Under the pieces are notes generated by a model. The model searched no databases, was not told the origin of the DNA, and worked only from the letters and a program-made list of their open reading frames with translations. A stretch of 64,000 bases of DNA from an uncultured Chloroflexia bacterium (GTDB taxonomy: Bacteria; Chloroflexota; UBA6077; JACCZL01), in NCBI GenBank assembly GCA_963765765.1, contig CAVXYC010000010.1:234076-298075 (forward strand). Direction: 5' to 3'. Both the position numbers and the translations under genes were made by a program. Numbering within the stretch: position 1 is the stretch's first letter; each line of letters starts with the position of its first letter. Positions 51,540-61,472 of this stretch are shown here, in pieces.

Positions 51540-52557
51540 GGTGCTGCGTGACTACTCCGATCGTTTGGACCGCTGGCTCAAGGAAGTACTCCCCGAGCCG
51601 ATACCGGCCACCGAGCGATTCTACGAGATGATTCGCTACCACCTTGGCTGGATCGACGAGCATGGCCAGCCGAGCTCATCGGCGTCAGCAATGGGCAAGC
51701 GCATTCGCCCAGCGCTGGCATTGCTCGCCTGTGAGTCGTTGGGCGGTAAGATCGAGGACGCCCGCGGCGCTGCCGCGGCCATTGAGCTGGTCCACAACTT
51801 TTCATTGGTCCACGATGACATCCAGGACCATAGCCTCACGCGTCGACACCGACCTACCGTCTGGCAGCGCTGGGGCGCTGAGCAGGCGATCAATGTAGGC
51901 GACCACATCTTCACACTCGCCCAGCTTGCCCTTGGGCAGCTCAGTCCTGACGAGCCCGCAAGAATCGTCACGGCGCAGCAGGAGCTCAACAGAACCTGCG
52001 TGTTGCTGGTGGAAGGGCAGTACATCGACTTGGCTCTGGCAGACGCCACGCAATGCACCCAGGCGGATTACTTCGCAATGATCGAGCGCAAGACCGCCGC
52101 GCTGATCGCCGCGGCATGCCGTCTCGGCGCATTGTTCGGCGGCGCATCGTCAGACGTCCAGGACGCATTCGCCGCGTTTGGCCGAGAGCTCGGCGTCGCG
52201 TTTCAGCTCCAGGATGACGTCCTCGGTGTCTGGGGCACCGACGCAACGGGGAAGTCGGCCGATGCCGACATCCTGGAGAGGAAGAAGGCGATCCCGGCCG
52301 TACTGGCTCTCAGAATGGAAGCACCGGAGGCAGCCCGACTCCGTGAGCTCTATAGCGACTCCGCGCCGCTCTCCGGGTTGGAGGTCGTAGAGATCCGCGA
52401 CCTCCTTACGGGGCTGCAAGTACGCTCAACCGCCGAGGCGATGGCCGGCCAGCACTACGAGGCGGCTCTGAAGGCGCTAGATCATACAGGTGCCCGCGGC
52501 GAGGCTCGGTCGAGTATCGAGGCCCTGTGCGCCTCGCTGCTCAACCGCGAATTCTAG
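51523..52557 (+). CDS. Polyprenyl diphosphate synthase
   Basis: GKRIRP, HNFSLVHDDIQD, RRHRPT, KTA, FQLQDD. Confidence 0.92.
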   Translation: MADLDTVLRDYSDRLDRWLKEVLPEPIPATERFYEMIRYHLGWIDEHGQPSSSASAMGKRIRPALALLACESLGGKIEDARGAAAAIELVHNFSLVHDDIQDHSLTRRHRPTVWQRWGAEQAINVGDHIFTLAQLALGQLSPDEPARIVTAQQELNRTCVLLVEGQYIDLALADATQCTQADYFAMIERKTAALIAAACRLGALFGGASSDVQDAFAAFGRELGVAFQLQDDVLGVWGTDATGKSADADILERKKAIPAVLALRMEAPEAARLRELYSDSAPLSGLEVVEIRDLLTGLQVRSTAEAMAGQHYEAALKALDHTGARGEARSSIEALCASLLNREF

Positions 52558-52559
52558 AC

Positions 52560-52596
52560 GGCATGTAGTGAGCGCTGAAAGCGCTCACTACATGCC
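52560..52596. repeat. Perfect 17-bp hairpin with GTAG motif between convergent genes (REP-like/bidirectional terminator)
   Basis: GGCATGTAGTGAGCGCT-GAA-AGCGCTCACTACATGCC. Confidence 0.75.
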
Positions 52597-52601
52597 TTGG
52601 C

Positions 52602-53741
52602 TCAGTCCCACCCGGCGAGTAGTCGTGCGATCACTTCATTCGTCACGAAGACCCAGTCGCGCGTGATCCGAAGATGATCCCCGATCTCCTCTAAAACCCC
52701 GTCGTTCAGTAGCGCCTGAAGCTCATTGCCAAGCACGTTTTCAATCGACCGATCAAACCGCGACTGAAATTCGCTGCGCGAGAGTCCCCGACGTAGACGG
52801 AGCTGCAGGCTGACGAAATCCACGAGGCGAGTTTCCTCATCCGTGACTTCGTCCTCGATCAACACCCGGTCACCTAGAGCAACCGAGTCCATGTATCGGT
52901 CAGGACTCGGATGATTCTTCCAGCGACGGCCTTCGTATGAACCTGCCGCGCCGGAACCAAACGCCAGGTATGGCTGGTCCAGCCAATACGTCAGATTATG
53001 TCGAGATGCGCGTCCGGGCAACGCCCAGTTTGAGATCTCGTAATGTTCAAAACCCGCGGCTTTGAGGCATTCCATTGTGTGCCGATACTGCATTTCCGCC
53101 TGCTCATCCGCGGGCAACGTGAGCCGACCCGCGAGTACGTCTCGTCCCATCGGTACCCTCTCGTCCACCGTGAGCAGGTAACACGATAGATGATCCGGCT
53201 CGAGCTCGAGCGCGGAATCGAGCGTGCGATCCCAGGCATCAGCCGTCATGCCCGGTAAGCCGTACATGAGGTCCAGGCTGGCATTCTGGATACCGCCAGC
53301 GCGGATGATCCGAAACGCTTCTCGCGCCTCGTCTGCGTCGTGTCGACGACCGAGCATCTCAAGAACGGGATCGTCGAAGCTCTGAACGCCCAGGCTCATC
53401 CGATTCACACCGGCCGCGAGGTATCCCTCGACGAGCTGCACCGTTAGATCACCCGGATTGGCCTCGAGCGTGATCTCAGCATCGCCGCTCAGTCCGACCG
53501 ACTCTCGGCATGCCGAGAGAATGGATCCAACCTGCTCTGCCGTCAGAAGACTTGGCGTTCCGCCACCGAAAAAGATACTGTGCGCGGTTCGTGGATGCGC
53601 CCGACGGATATCACTGACCAACGTATCAACGTAGCGCGGAATCCGCTCGAAGCCGTACGCCTGTCGATCGAAGTCGCAATACGGACAGATCGATTTGCAG
53701 AACGGGATGTGAATGTAAATACCGATTGTGCGATCCGTCAT
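52602..53741 (-). CDS. hemW: Radical SAM heme chaperone HemW (HemN-like)
   Basis: YIHIPFCKSICPYCDF, GGGTPS, YEISNW, HNLTYW. Confidence 0.9.
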   Translation of the reverse strand: MTDRTIGIYIHIPFCKSICPYCDFDRQAYGFERIPRYVDTLVSDIRRAHPRTAHSIFFGGGTPSLLTAEQVGSILSACRESVGLSGDAEITLEANPGDLTVQLVEGYLAAGVNRMSLGVQSFDDPVLEMLGRRHDADEAREAFRIIRAGGIQNASLDLMYGLPGMTADAWDRTLDSALELEPDHLSCYLLTVDERVPMGRDVLAGRLTLPADEQAEMQYRHTMECLKAAGFEHYEISNWALPGRASRHNLTYWLDQPYLAFGSGAAGSYEGRRWKNHPSPDRYMDSVALGDRVLIEDEVTDEETRLVDFVSLQLRLRRGLSRSEFQSRFDRSIENVLGNELQALLNDGVLEEIGDHLRITRDWVFVTNEVIARLLAGWD

Positions 53742-53854
53742 GGCTCGGAGAAATGATACGTGCTGTGCAATGCGGCCATGGAACTTAGGCCACTGTGCCG
53801 CATACTTCCGGGAAATTCAGTGACCCGACTGTGCCCCGAGCGTCTGACAAGTTC

Positions 53855-53988
53855 CGTAGCCCCGGGCATCCTACCCGCACGCGAAGCGCCGATTCTCAAC
53901 TGACCCGTAGCCCTGGGCATTCCGCCGCACGCGTAAGTCGTTTGAACACTGACCGCGCTACGCGTGCGGGCATCATGCCCGCCGCTAC
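53855..53988. repeat. Cluster of three GTAG-type REP copies (two direct, one inverted)
   Basis: CGTAGCCCCGGGCAT..CCGCACGCG, CGTAGCCCTGGGCAT..CCGCACGCG, and the inverted copy CGCGTGCGGGCATCATGCCCGCCGCTACG. Confidence 0.7.
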
Positions 53989-54028
53989 GAGTGCGAAAAT
54001 GCGCTCTGCTAGACTCTTCGCTAAGTTC

Positions 54029-54844
54029 ATGAACATCCATTCAAAGGCCCTCGTACGCCAGGCTGTCGCAATCATGCTGGTGTTCGTAACGTCGCTCAGT
54101 CCCGTGCAATGGAGTCAGACCACGGCCTTCGCCGACGCTGCAGACGGCATCGACGACTGTTCGGACCTCGACACGCGACCATTGCCTCGCCCCGGCGGGG
54201 CCGCGGCCCCTGACTTCTGGAGCCAGTTCAGCAGCCCGCTCCCGCCTACCGCGGTGTGGAACCCGCCTGGTCCAAAGCGTGTCGGCATTCAAGCCGGTCA
54301 CTGGCGCGTGGAGGAGGCTCCGGAAGAGCTACGGCAGCTGGGACCCGGCACATCCGGCGGTGGGAAGGCCGAGTGGGAAGTGAATCTCGATGTGGCCGAG
54401 CGCACTGCCACGATGCTTCGCGCGGAGGGTGTGGAGGTGGATGTACTTCCCGTGTATCTACCTGAGCGATATCGCGCGCATGCGTTCATTTCATTGCATG
54501 CCGACGGTGACGTTTCGGGGGCGCTCAATGGATTCAAGATTGCCCGACCGGTCTTCTCCGCGATCCCGGAGACGGACGAGCGCCTGGTAGCAACCATGAA
54601 CGACGCCTACGAGCGCGTTACCGGTATTCCGCGCGATGATGCGCACATCTCTCGACGCATGACTGGCTACTACGCGTTCAACACTCGACGTTACTGTCAC
54701 GCTATTGCGCGGGGTGTCCCGGCGGCAATCGTTGAGATGGGATTTCTGACCAACGCGGGCGACCGCTTGATGTTGATCGGTAACCCTGATGTGTTGGCAC
54801 GTGGCATCACCGACGGCATCCTGCGCTTTCTGGATACGCCCTGA
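54029..54844 (+). CDS. Secreted N-acetylmuramoyl-L-alanine amidase (Amidase_3)
   Basis: GIQAGH, EWEVNL, ISLHAD and IVEMGF zinc/catalytic motifs; signal peptide. Confidence 0.82.
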   Translation: MNIHSKALVRQAVAIMLVFVTSLSPVQWSQTTAFADAADGIDDCSDLDTRPLPRPGGAAAPDFWSQFSSPLPPTAVWNPPGPKRVGIQAGHWRVEEAPEELRQLGPGTSGGGKAEWEVNLDVAERTATMLRAEGVEVDVLPVYLPERYRAHAFISLHADGDVSGALNGFKIARPVFSAIPETDERLVATMNDAYERVTGIPRDDAHISRRMTGYYAFNTRRYCHAIARGVPAAIVEMGFLTNAGDRLMLIGNPDVLARGITDGILRFLDTP

Positions 54845-54855
54845 ATCGGTGATCC

Positions 54856-54972
54856 TGTAGCAGGGCCCTTGTGGCCTGTGCCTAGAACGCCAGCTTGCCG
54901 CGCTCAAGAAGAAATGACCGGCAATCGCGGGCCGGATGCCCTCTAGGCACAGGCCACAAGGGCCCTGCTACA
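54856..54972. repeat. GTAG-type REPIN with perfect 31-bp arms
   Basis: TGTAGCAGGGCCCTTGTGGCCTGTGCCTAGA / TCTAGGCACAGGCCACAAGGGCCCTGCTACA. Confidence 0.85.
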
Positions 54973-55100
54973 CGGAGCCGGCCAGTCCACCAGCAGCACC
55001 GAACCTAGCGCCGCTTAGTCCGATTCAGACAAAGGCCCTCATCTCATGCTACGGTTCACAGGAACCGCACCGGCGGTTCGAAGGAGTGAGTGCATCCATC

Positions 55101-56861
55101 ATGCGGCGAACGCACACCTGTGGCGAGCTACGAGCGAGTGATATTGGGATCGAGGTCACGGTTCAAGGTTGGGTCAATCGCCGGCGTGATCACGGCGGAC
55201 TGATCTTCCTCGATGTCCGTGACCGATACGGGCTCGTGCAGGTGGTGGCGAATCCGGAGCAGGCTCCCGAGGCGCACAAAGTCGGAGAGACCTGTCGCTC
55301 TGAGTACGTGATCGAGGCTCGCGGGCGAGTCCAGGCCCGTCCGGAAGGGACGGAGAACCCGAACATGCCTACGGGCGACGTTGAGATCCAGGTCGACTCG
55401 CTCACCGTGCTGAACGCATCGCTCCCAGTACCATTCTCCGTTTCCGACGATCTTCCCGTAGACGAGCGCGTGCGTCTTCAGTATCGCTATCTCGATCTAC
55501 GCCGCTCCACGATGTCGCGGCGAATTGAGCAACGTCACCGGATCGTGAAGTACATCCGCGATTTTCTCGATGAGCGCAAGTTCCTGGAAATCGAGACGCC
55601 AATCCTGATCAAGGCTACCCCGGAGGGCGCGCGCGACTTTCTAGTACCCAGCCGAACCTATCCGGGCGAGTTCTACGCTCTGCCCCAGTCGCCACAGCAG
55701 CTCAAGCAGCTTCTTATGGTCTCCGGCATGGACCGCTACTTCCAGATCGCACGTTGCTTTCGGGACGAGGATCAGCGCGCCGACCGCCAGCTCGAGTTCA
55801 CTCAGCTCGATGTGGAGATGTCCTTCATCGAGCCGGCGGACATTCAGGAAGTCATCGAAGAGCTCTACTCGTCGCTGACCGTCGAGTTAACGAATAAGCG
55901 GGTCATCTATCCGTTCCCTCGCTTCACTTATCGAGAGGCAATGGACAAGTATGGTAGTGATAAGCCGGATATTCGATTCGACCTGATCATCCAGGACGTT
56001 TCGGACATCCTGGCAGAAACAGAATTCCGCGTCTTCCGCGAGACCATCGCGGCAGGCCGTGTGGTGCGAGCTCTGGCAGCGCCGGGAGCCGCCGAGCTCA
56101 CTCGTCGCGAGATCGATGGTCTCGTGGCGCGCGCGCAGGAGCAGGGCGCAAAGGGATTGGCCTGGGCCGCGTTCCAGGGCAGCGAAGTCCGCAGTAGCTT
56201 TGCCAGGAACATCTCCGAAGGCGAGCTTGCCGCGATCCGTGAGCGAACCGGTGCCGAGGACGGGTCGCTATTGATCGCCGTGGCGGACGAGGCTGACAAG
56301 GCCGCGGCGGTCCTGGGGCGGTTACGCGTTGAGCTCGCGGAACGATTGAACCTGATTGAGCCCGGACTCATGGCTTACGCCTGGGTCGTAGACTTCCCCT
56401 ATTTCGAGGCAGATGAGGACCGCGGCGGCGTCACCTTTGTCCATCATCCATTTACGGCGCCCTACGACGAAGACGTGGATCTGATCGAGTCTGACCCGCT
56501 GAAGGTGCGTGCCAAGGCATACGACGTGGTGGCGAACGGTTTTGAGATGGGTGGCGGCAGCATCCGAATTCACCAGCGCGATGTGCAGCGCAAAGTGTTT
56601 CGCACGCTTGGCTACAACGATGAAGCCATCGAGGCGAACTTCGGCCACATGCTACGAGCCTTCGATTACGGCGCTCCGCCCCACGGTGGCATTGCAACTG
56701 GGATCGACCGCCTGGCCATGCTGCTCTCCGATGCCGAGAACATCCGCGAAGTGATCGCCTTCCCGAAGAACCAGGCCGCCCAGGACCTTGTCACCGGTGC
56801 GCCGTCACCTGTAGACGACAGGCAGCTCAAGGAGCTGCACCTCCGCGTCGTTCCAGAGTAG
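55101..56861 (+). CDS. aspS: Aspartate--tRNA ligase (probably non-discriminating)
   Basis: MRRTHTCGEL, RRDHGG, LPQSPQ, CFRDED, PPHGGIA.G.DR. Confidence 0.96.
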   Translation: MRRTHTCGELRASDIGIEVTVQGWVNRRRDHGGLIFLDVRDRYGLVQVVANPEQAPEAHKVGETCRSEYVIEARGRVQARPEGTENPNMPTGDVEIQVDSLTVLNASLPVPFSVSDDLPVDERVRLQYRYLDLRRSTMSRRIEQRHRIVKYIRDFLDERKFLEIETPILIKATPEGARDFLVPSRTYPGEFYALPQSPQQLKQLLMVSGMDRYFQIARCFRDEDQRADRQLEFTQLDVEMSFIEPADIQEVIEELYSSLTVELTNKRVIYPFPRFTYREAMDKYGSDKPDIRFDLIIQDVSDILAETEFRVFRETIAAGRVVRALAAPGAAELTRREIDGLVARAQEQGAKGLAWAAFQGSEVRSSFARNISEGELAAIRERTGAEDGSLLIAVADEADKAAAVLGRLRVELAERLNLIEPGLMAYAWVVDFPYFEADEDRGGVTFVHHPFTAPYDEDVDLIESDPLKVRAKAYDVVANGFEMGGGSIRIHQRDVQRKVFRTLGYNDEAIEANFGHMLRAFDYGAPPHGGIATGIDRLAMLLSDAENIREVIAFPKNQAAQDLVTGAPSPVDDRQLKELHLRVVPE

Positions 56862-56994
56862 TGGCCAGCCCCCGACCGGGACCCGACACGCTGTGGGTCC
56901 CAACCCGGGGTCTGGGCCGCGCATCGCTTGACCGAACGCCGGTCGGTTGTTACATTTCGCGTACGACGCACGCTTGCTCCCGAGAGGAGTTCTT

Positions 56995-58074
56995 ATGACA
57001 ATTACGCTGTCCCATGGTGGTCCAACGATCTACGAGTCGAATGCACCCGAATCAGATGTCCTCGTCGGCACGAATGAGGGCACCGTTCGGATGGAGCGCT
57101 CTGGATCTGGCTGGACGATCACGGACCGAACGCTCACTGATCTGCACATCCATGCCATTTTGAAAGAGCCGGTCAGCGGCCTGGTCTTTGCCGGCGCCAA
57201 TCATGGCTCCGTGCACGTCAGTCGAGACAATGGTCGAACTTGGACGCGGAGCGATACCGGGCTGACTGAGACCAATGTCTACAGCCTGAACAGTGTGCAG
57301 CGGAAGAATGGTCAAACTCGCATCTATCTCGGCACCGAGCCCGCCCATCTCTTCTACAGTGACGATCTTGGTGCAAGCTGGTCAGAACTTCCCAGTTTCC
57401 GAAACGTCCCCAGCGTGGGGGGATGGAGCTTCCCCGGACCACCGCACGTCGCCCACCTGAAGAAGATCGATTTTGCTCACGACAATCCTGAGACGATCTA
57501 CGGGAGCGTTGAAGTCGGTGCGCTGCTCCGAAGTCGAGACGAAGGCCAGTCGTGGGAAGAGCTCACGCCGGAGTATCCTGACATTCATCGCGTTGTGGTC
57601 CCGCCAACAAATGCCAATCGTCTGTATGTGACGGGTGGCAACGGGATCTATGTTTCATCTGACGCGGGTGCGTCCTGGGAGCACTGGTCCGATCGAAGCG
57701 CCGACATCGGTGGCTATCCCGATCAGCTTGTCTATCTGCCGTCTAACCCCGACCTCATGTTCGTTTGCGCTGCACACAAGAGCCCGGGCGCATGGCGAGA
57801 GCACAATCATTCCGGCAGTCGCATAAGTCGCAGCCGCGACGGTGGCCGAACCTGGGAAGTGCTGACCAACGGCTTACCTGATCGCATGCAGGGCAGTGTC
57901 GAGTCGATGTGCTTCGATACCCGTGGTGACAACGGCACGCTGCTCGTCGGCACGTCGACTGGAGAAGTCTGGGTAAGCGAAGATCTCGGCGACTCGTGGT
58001 CAATCGCCATCAACGGCCTGGCCCCGATCTCCAAGGGCGATCATTACCGGGCGATGGTACCGGCGCTGGCGTAA
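56995..58074 (+). CDS. BNR/Asp-box beta-propeller protein
   Basis: Repeated S.D.G.(T/S)W Asp-boxes; no signal peptide. Confidence 0.8.
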   Translation: MTITLSHGGPTIYESNAPESDVLVGTNEGTVRMERSGSGWTITDRTLTDLHIHAILKEPVSGLVFAGANHGSVHVSRDNGRTWTRSDTGLTETNVYSLNSVQRKNGQTRIYLGTEPAHLFYSDDLGASWSELPSFRNVPSVGGWSFPGPPHVAHLKKIDFAHDNPETIYGSVEVGALLRSRDEGQSWEELTPEYPDIHRVVVPPTNANRLYVTGGNGIYVSSDAGASWEHWSDRSADIGGYPDQLVYLPSNPDLMFVCAAHKSPGAWREHNHSGSRISRSRDGGRTWEVLTNGLPDRMQGSVESMCFDTRGDNGTLLVGTSTGEVWVSEDLGDSWSIAINGLAPISKGDHYRAMVPALA

Positions 58075-58098
58075 ATTCGCTGGTTTCCAAAAGATTTG

Positions 58099-58125
58099 AG
58101 GGAGGCCGTGAGGCCTCCCTTTCTT
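58099..58125 (+). terminator. Intrinsic terminator
   Basis: AGGGAGGCC-GTGA-GGCCTCCCT followed by TTCTT. Confidence 0.7.
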
Positions 58126-58151
58126 ATGCGAGCGAGAGCATTCGGGAGAGG

Positions 58152-58200
58152 GACCCTACCCCAGCCCTCCCGGCTGCGGCAGGGAGGGAGCCGGATTCTC
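58152..58200. repeat. Single copy of the 5130-5239 REP family
   Basis: CCCCAGCCCTCCCGGCTGCGGCAGGGAGGGAGCCGGATTCTC. Confidence 0.7.
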
Positions 58201-58354
58201 AAATTTCCGTGAACATGCTCAACGTACGCCGAAAACTGCTTGATGGTCCGCCAAACCGGGTGTTAGCATCTTTTAGTTCAACGGACCCTTCATCGAATGG
58301 CACGGCTCCGCGCCCGTGCCATTTCTGTGTCGGGGACTGTGGCACGGAGAACCT

Positions 58355-61300
58355 GTGTACAAGCCTGTACCGAGCAGCGTCGATTTCCCTACTCTCGAGC
58401 ACGAGATCCTTGAATTCTGGGATCAAGTTCGGGCGTTCGAGAAGCTCCAGAAGAAGCTGCGCGGCAACGCCATATTCTCGTTCATCGATGGTCCGATTAC
58501 GGCCAACAACCCCATGGGCGTGCACCACGCCTGGGGACGGACCTACAAGGACATCTTCCAGCGATATCATGCCATGCGGGGATTCGATCAGCGCTGGCAG
58601 AATGGCTTCGATTGCCAGGGCCTCTGGGTCGAGGTCGAAGTAGAGAAAGAGCTGGGCTTCAACTCCAAGCGTGAGATTGAAGCCTACGGGCTGGCCGAGT
58701 TTGCCAGGCAATGTCGCGCTCGAGTTGAGAAATTCGCCGACATTATTACGCAGCAGTCGATCCGGCTCGGCCAATGGATGCGCTGGGACGATAGCTACTA
58801 CACACATACCGACGACAACATCCAGCACATCTGGAACTTCCTTAAGGCCTGCCAGGAACGCGGGTGGCTCTACAAAGGCCACCGATCCATGCCCTGGTGC
58901 GTACGCTGCGGCACGGGACTCTCACAGCATGAACTGGTGGGCACGGACTCGTACCGCGAGGTGACCCACCCATCGATTTACTTGCGTCTGCCCATCGAGG
59001 GCCGCGAGCACGAATACTTCCTGGTCTGGACCACCACGCCCTGGACGCTAACAGCCAACGTGGCGTTGGCCGTGAACCCAGAGCTCGAGTACGCCCGCGT
59101 CAAGCAAGGCGAGGATACGTACATCCTATCGCCAAGAACAGTGGGCCTCCTCGAGGGCGAATACGAGCAGGTCGGCACGCTCCGTGGCTCGGAGATGATC
59201 GGCTGGGGGTATCGCGGGCCGTTTGATGAGCTCCCCGGCTGCCAGTCAGGTGAAGCATCGAGTCATCCCGTGGGAAGACGTCGGGGAAGAGGAAGGCACC
59301 GGCATCGTTCACATCGCTCCCGGATGTGGCGCCGAGGACTTTGAGCTGAGCAAGGTCGAGCGTCTGGACGTCATCGTCCCGATCGACGAGGCCGGCACCT
59401 ATTTACCGGGCTTTGGCGATTTCACCGGGCGCGACGTTCGAGGCGTGCGCGAAGCGATCTTTGATGATCTGCGCGCTAAGGGCATCGCGTACAAAATTGA
59501 GAACTACACGCACCGCTATCCGTCGTGCTGGCGCTGTGGCCAGGAGCTGTTCTTCCGACTGGCAGATGAGTGGTTCATCTCCGGGCAGGAGATCCGCGAG
59601 CCGATGAAGGCCGCCTCAGCCCAGGTGGACTGGGTTCCCGCCTCGGCCGGCAAGCGGATGGAGGACTGGCTCAATAACATGGGAGATTGGAACATCTCCC
59701 GCAAGCGCTACTGGGGCCTGCCGCTGCCTTTCTACCCCTGCGAGGACTGTAAATCGCTCACAGTGATCGGCTCAGTCGCCGAGCTAAAGGAGCGCGCCGT
59801 TTCAGGTCTGGACCAGCTCCAGGAGCTGCACCGGCCGTGGATTGACGAAGTCAAGATCCGCTGCTCCACCTGCAACACGGTGCTGGATCGTGTGCCAGAG
59901 GTGGGCGATGCCTGGCTGGATGCTGGCATCGTGCCATATTCCACTCTTCACTACATGAGCGAGCACGACTACTGGCAGAAGTGGTTCCCGGCGGACTTTA
60001 TCACCGAGATGCGTGAGCAGATCAGACTGTGGTTCTACAGCATGCTCTTTATGAGCGTGACGCTGGAGAACACCGCGCCGTACCGTCGCGTCCTGGCCTA
60101 TGAGAAGCTGATGGACGAGAAGGGCAACCCCATGCACAAGAGCCTGGGGAATGCCATCTGGTTCGATGAAGCGGCCGAGAAGATGGGCGCCGACGTAATG
60201 CGCTGGCTCTACACCGGCCAGAACATCCAGACGAACCTGAGCTTTGGCTACGGGCCGGCCGAAGACGTCAAGCGCAAGCTGTTGGTGCTGTGGAACGTGT
60301 ACAGCTTCTTCGTGACCTATGCACGACTGGACGGATATACGCCGCCGGCAACTGGTGAGATCGATCCGGCAAAACTGCGACTGATCGACCGGTGGATCCT
60401 CTCGCGATTCCAGGCTGTCGTCGAGGGGACGCACAGCGCCCTGCAAGCGCTGAACCCGGCTGACGTTAGCCGCCTGGTCGACGCATTCGTGGACGATTTG
60501 AGCACCTGGTATGTAAGGCGAAGCCGCCGGCGGTTCTGGAAATCCGAGAGCGACGACGACAAACAGGCGGCATATACCACGCTCTACACATGCCTCACCG
60601 GATTGACCAGCCTCCTGGCTCCCTTCCTGCCATTTCTGTCAGAGTCCATGTACCAGAATCTCGTTCGGAGCGTGCAGTCCGATGCGCCCGAGAGTGTGCA
60701 TCACACCGAGTTTCCCAGCGTTCGGAGCGAGCTGCGAGACGAGGCGCTGGAACGGCTGGTGGATCAGGTGCGCCAGGTCGTAAGCCTGGGACGGGCTGTA
60801 AGAAATCAGGTGGCCATCCGCGTTCGCCAGCCGCTGGCGTCGGTCAGCGTGGCAGTGCCGTCAGGCTCCACCGAGCTTGCAGACGAGCTGCGTCGCGAGA
60901 TCGCCGAGGAGCTCAACGTCAAGGACATCATCTGGGGTGCGGATTTGGGCGGCATGGTGCGAACCGTGGCGAAGCCCAATCCCGCGGTCCTGGGGCCACG
61001 ATTGGGCAAGGATTTCCCTCGAGTACTCCAGGCGCTCCGCTCCGGCGATTTCACCGTCACAGATGATGGTTCGGTCTCTGTACTTGGCCACTCTCTTGAG
61101 TCAGAGCTGGTGGCAGTGAGTGTGGAGCCGATGGAAGGTTTCGCCGCCGCGGCCGGAAATGGCGTGACCGTGGCGTTGGATACAGCGCTCACGCCTGAGC
61201 TCATTGCTGAGGGACGCGCGCGCGAGCTGGTGCATCGCATTCAAACAATGCGCAAGGATGCCGGCTTCAATGTCGAGGACCGCATCGTCACGTCGTTCGA

Positions 61301-61472
61301 TCGCTCGAGCGAGCTCGCGACGGTCATCGGAGAATTCGATTCATACATCAAGCAGGAGACGCTCACCGAGCTACTCGAACCTGATGGTGCGGAGCAGGGC
61401 TACCGTTGGGAGGGTGCCATCGACGGTCTCGCTATTGCCCTGAGCGTACGCAAAACATCGGATGGAGCATGA
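58355..61472 (+). CDS. ileS: Isoleucine--tRNA ligase, type 2; apparent frameshift near 59240
   Basis: DGPITANNPMGVHH, GFDCQGL, WTTTPWT, GTGIVHIAP, DWNISRKRYWG, PMHKS. Confidence 0.95.

Noticed and set aside
53795-53990. CRISPR-like direct repeats upstream of the amidase
   Set aside because: There are only two degenerate direct copies plus one inverted copy and no cas genes. It fits a GTAG REP cluster better.
54936-55100. N-terminal extension of AspRS in the ORF track
   Set aside because: It is read through a REPIN. The real start is ATG 55101, after AAGGAG.
58270-58355. Canonical T-box riboswitch before ileS
   Set aside because: No GGUGGUACC antiterminator bulge or stem I motifs are visible. 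It is kept only as a speculative switch.
59200-59344. Programmed frameshifting or split genes in ileS, smpB, rpsR, glcF, rluA
   Set aside because: There is no common slippery signal, and the many scattered indels point to sequencing error.
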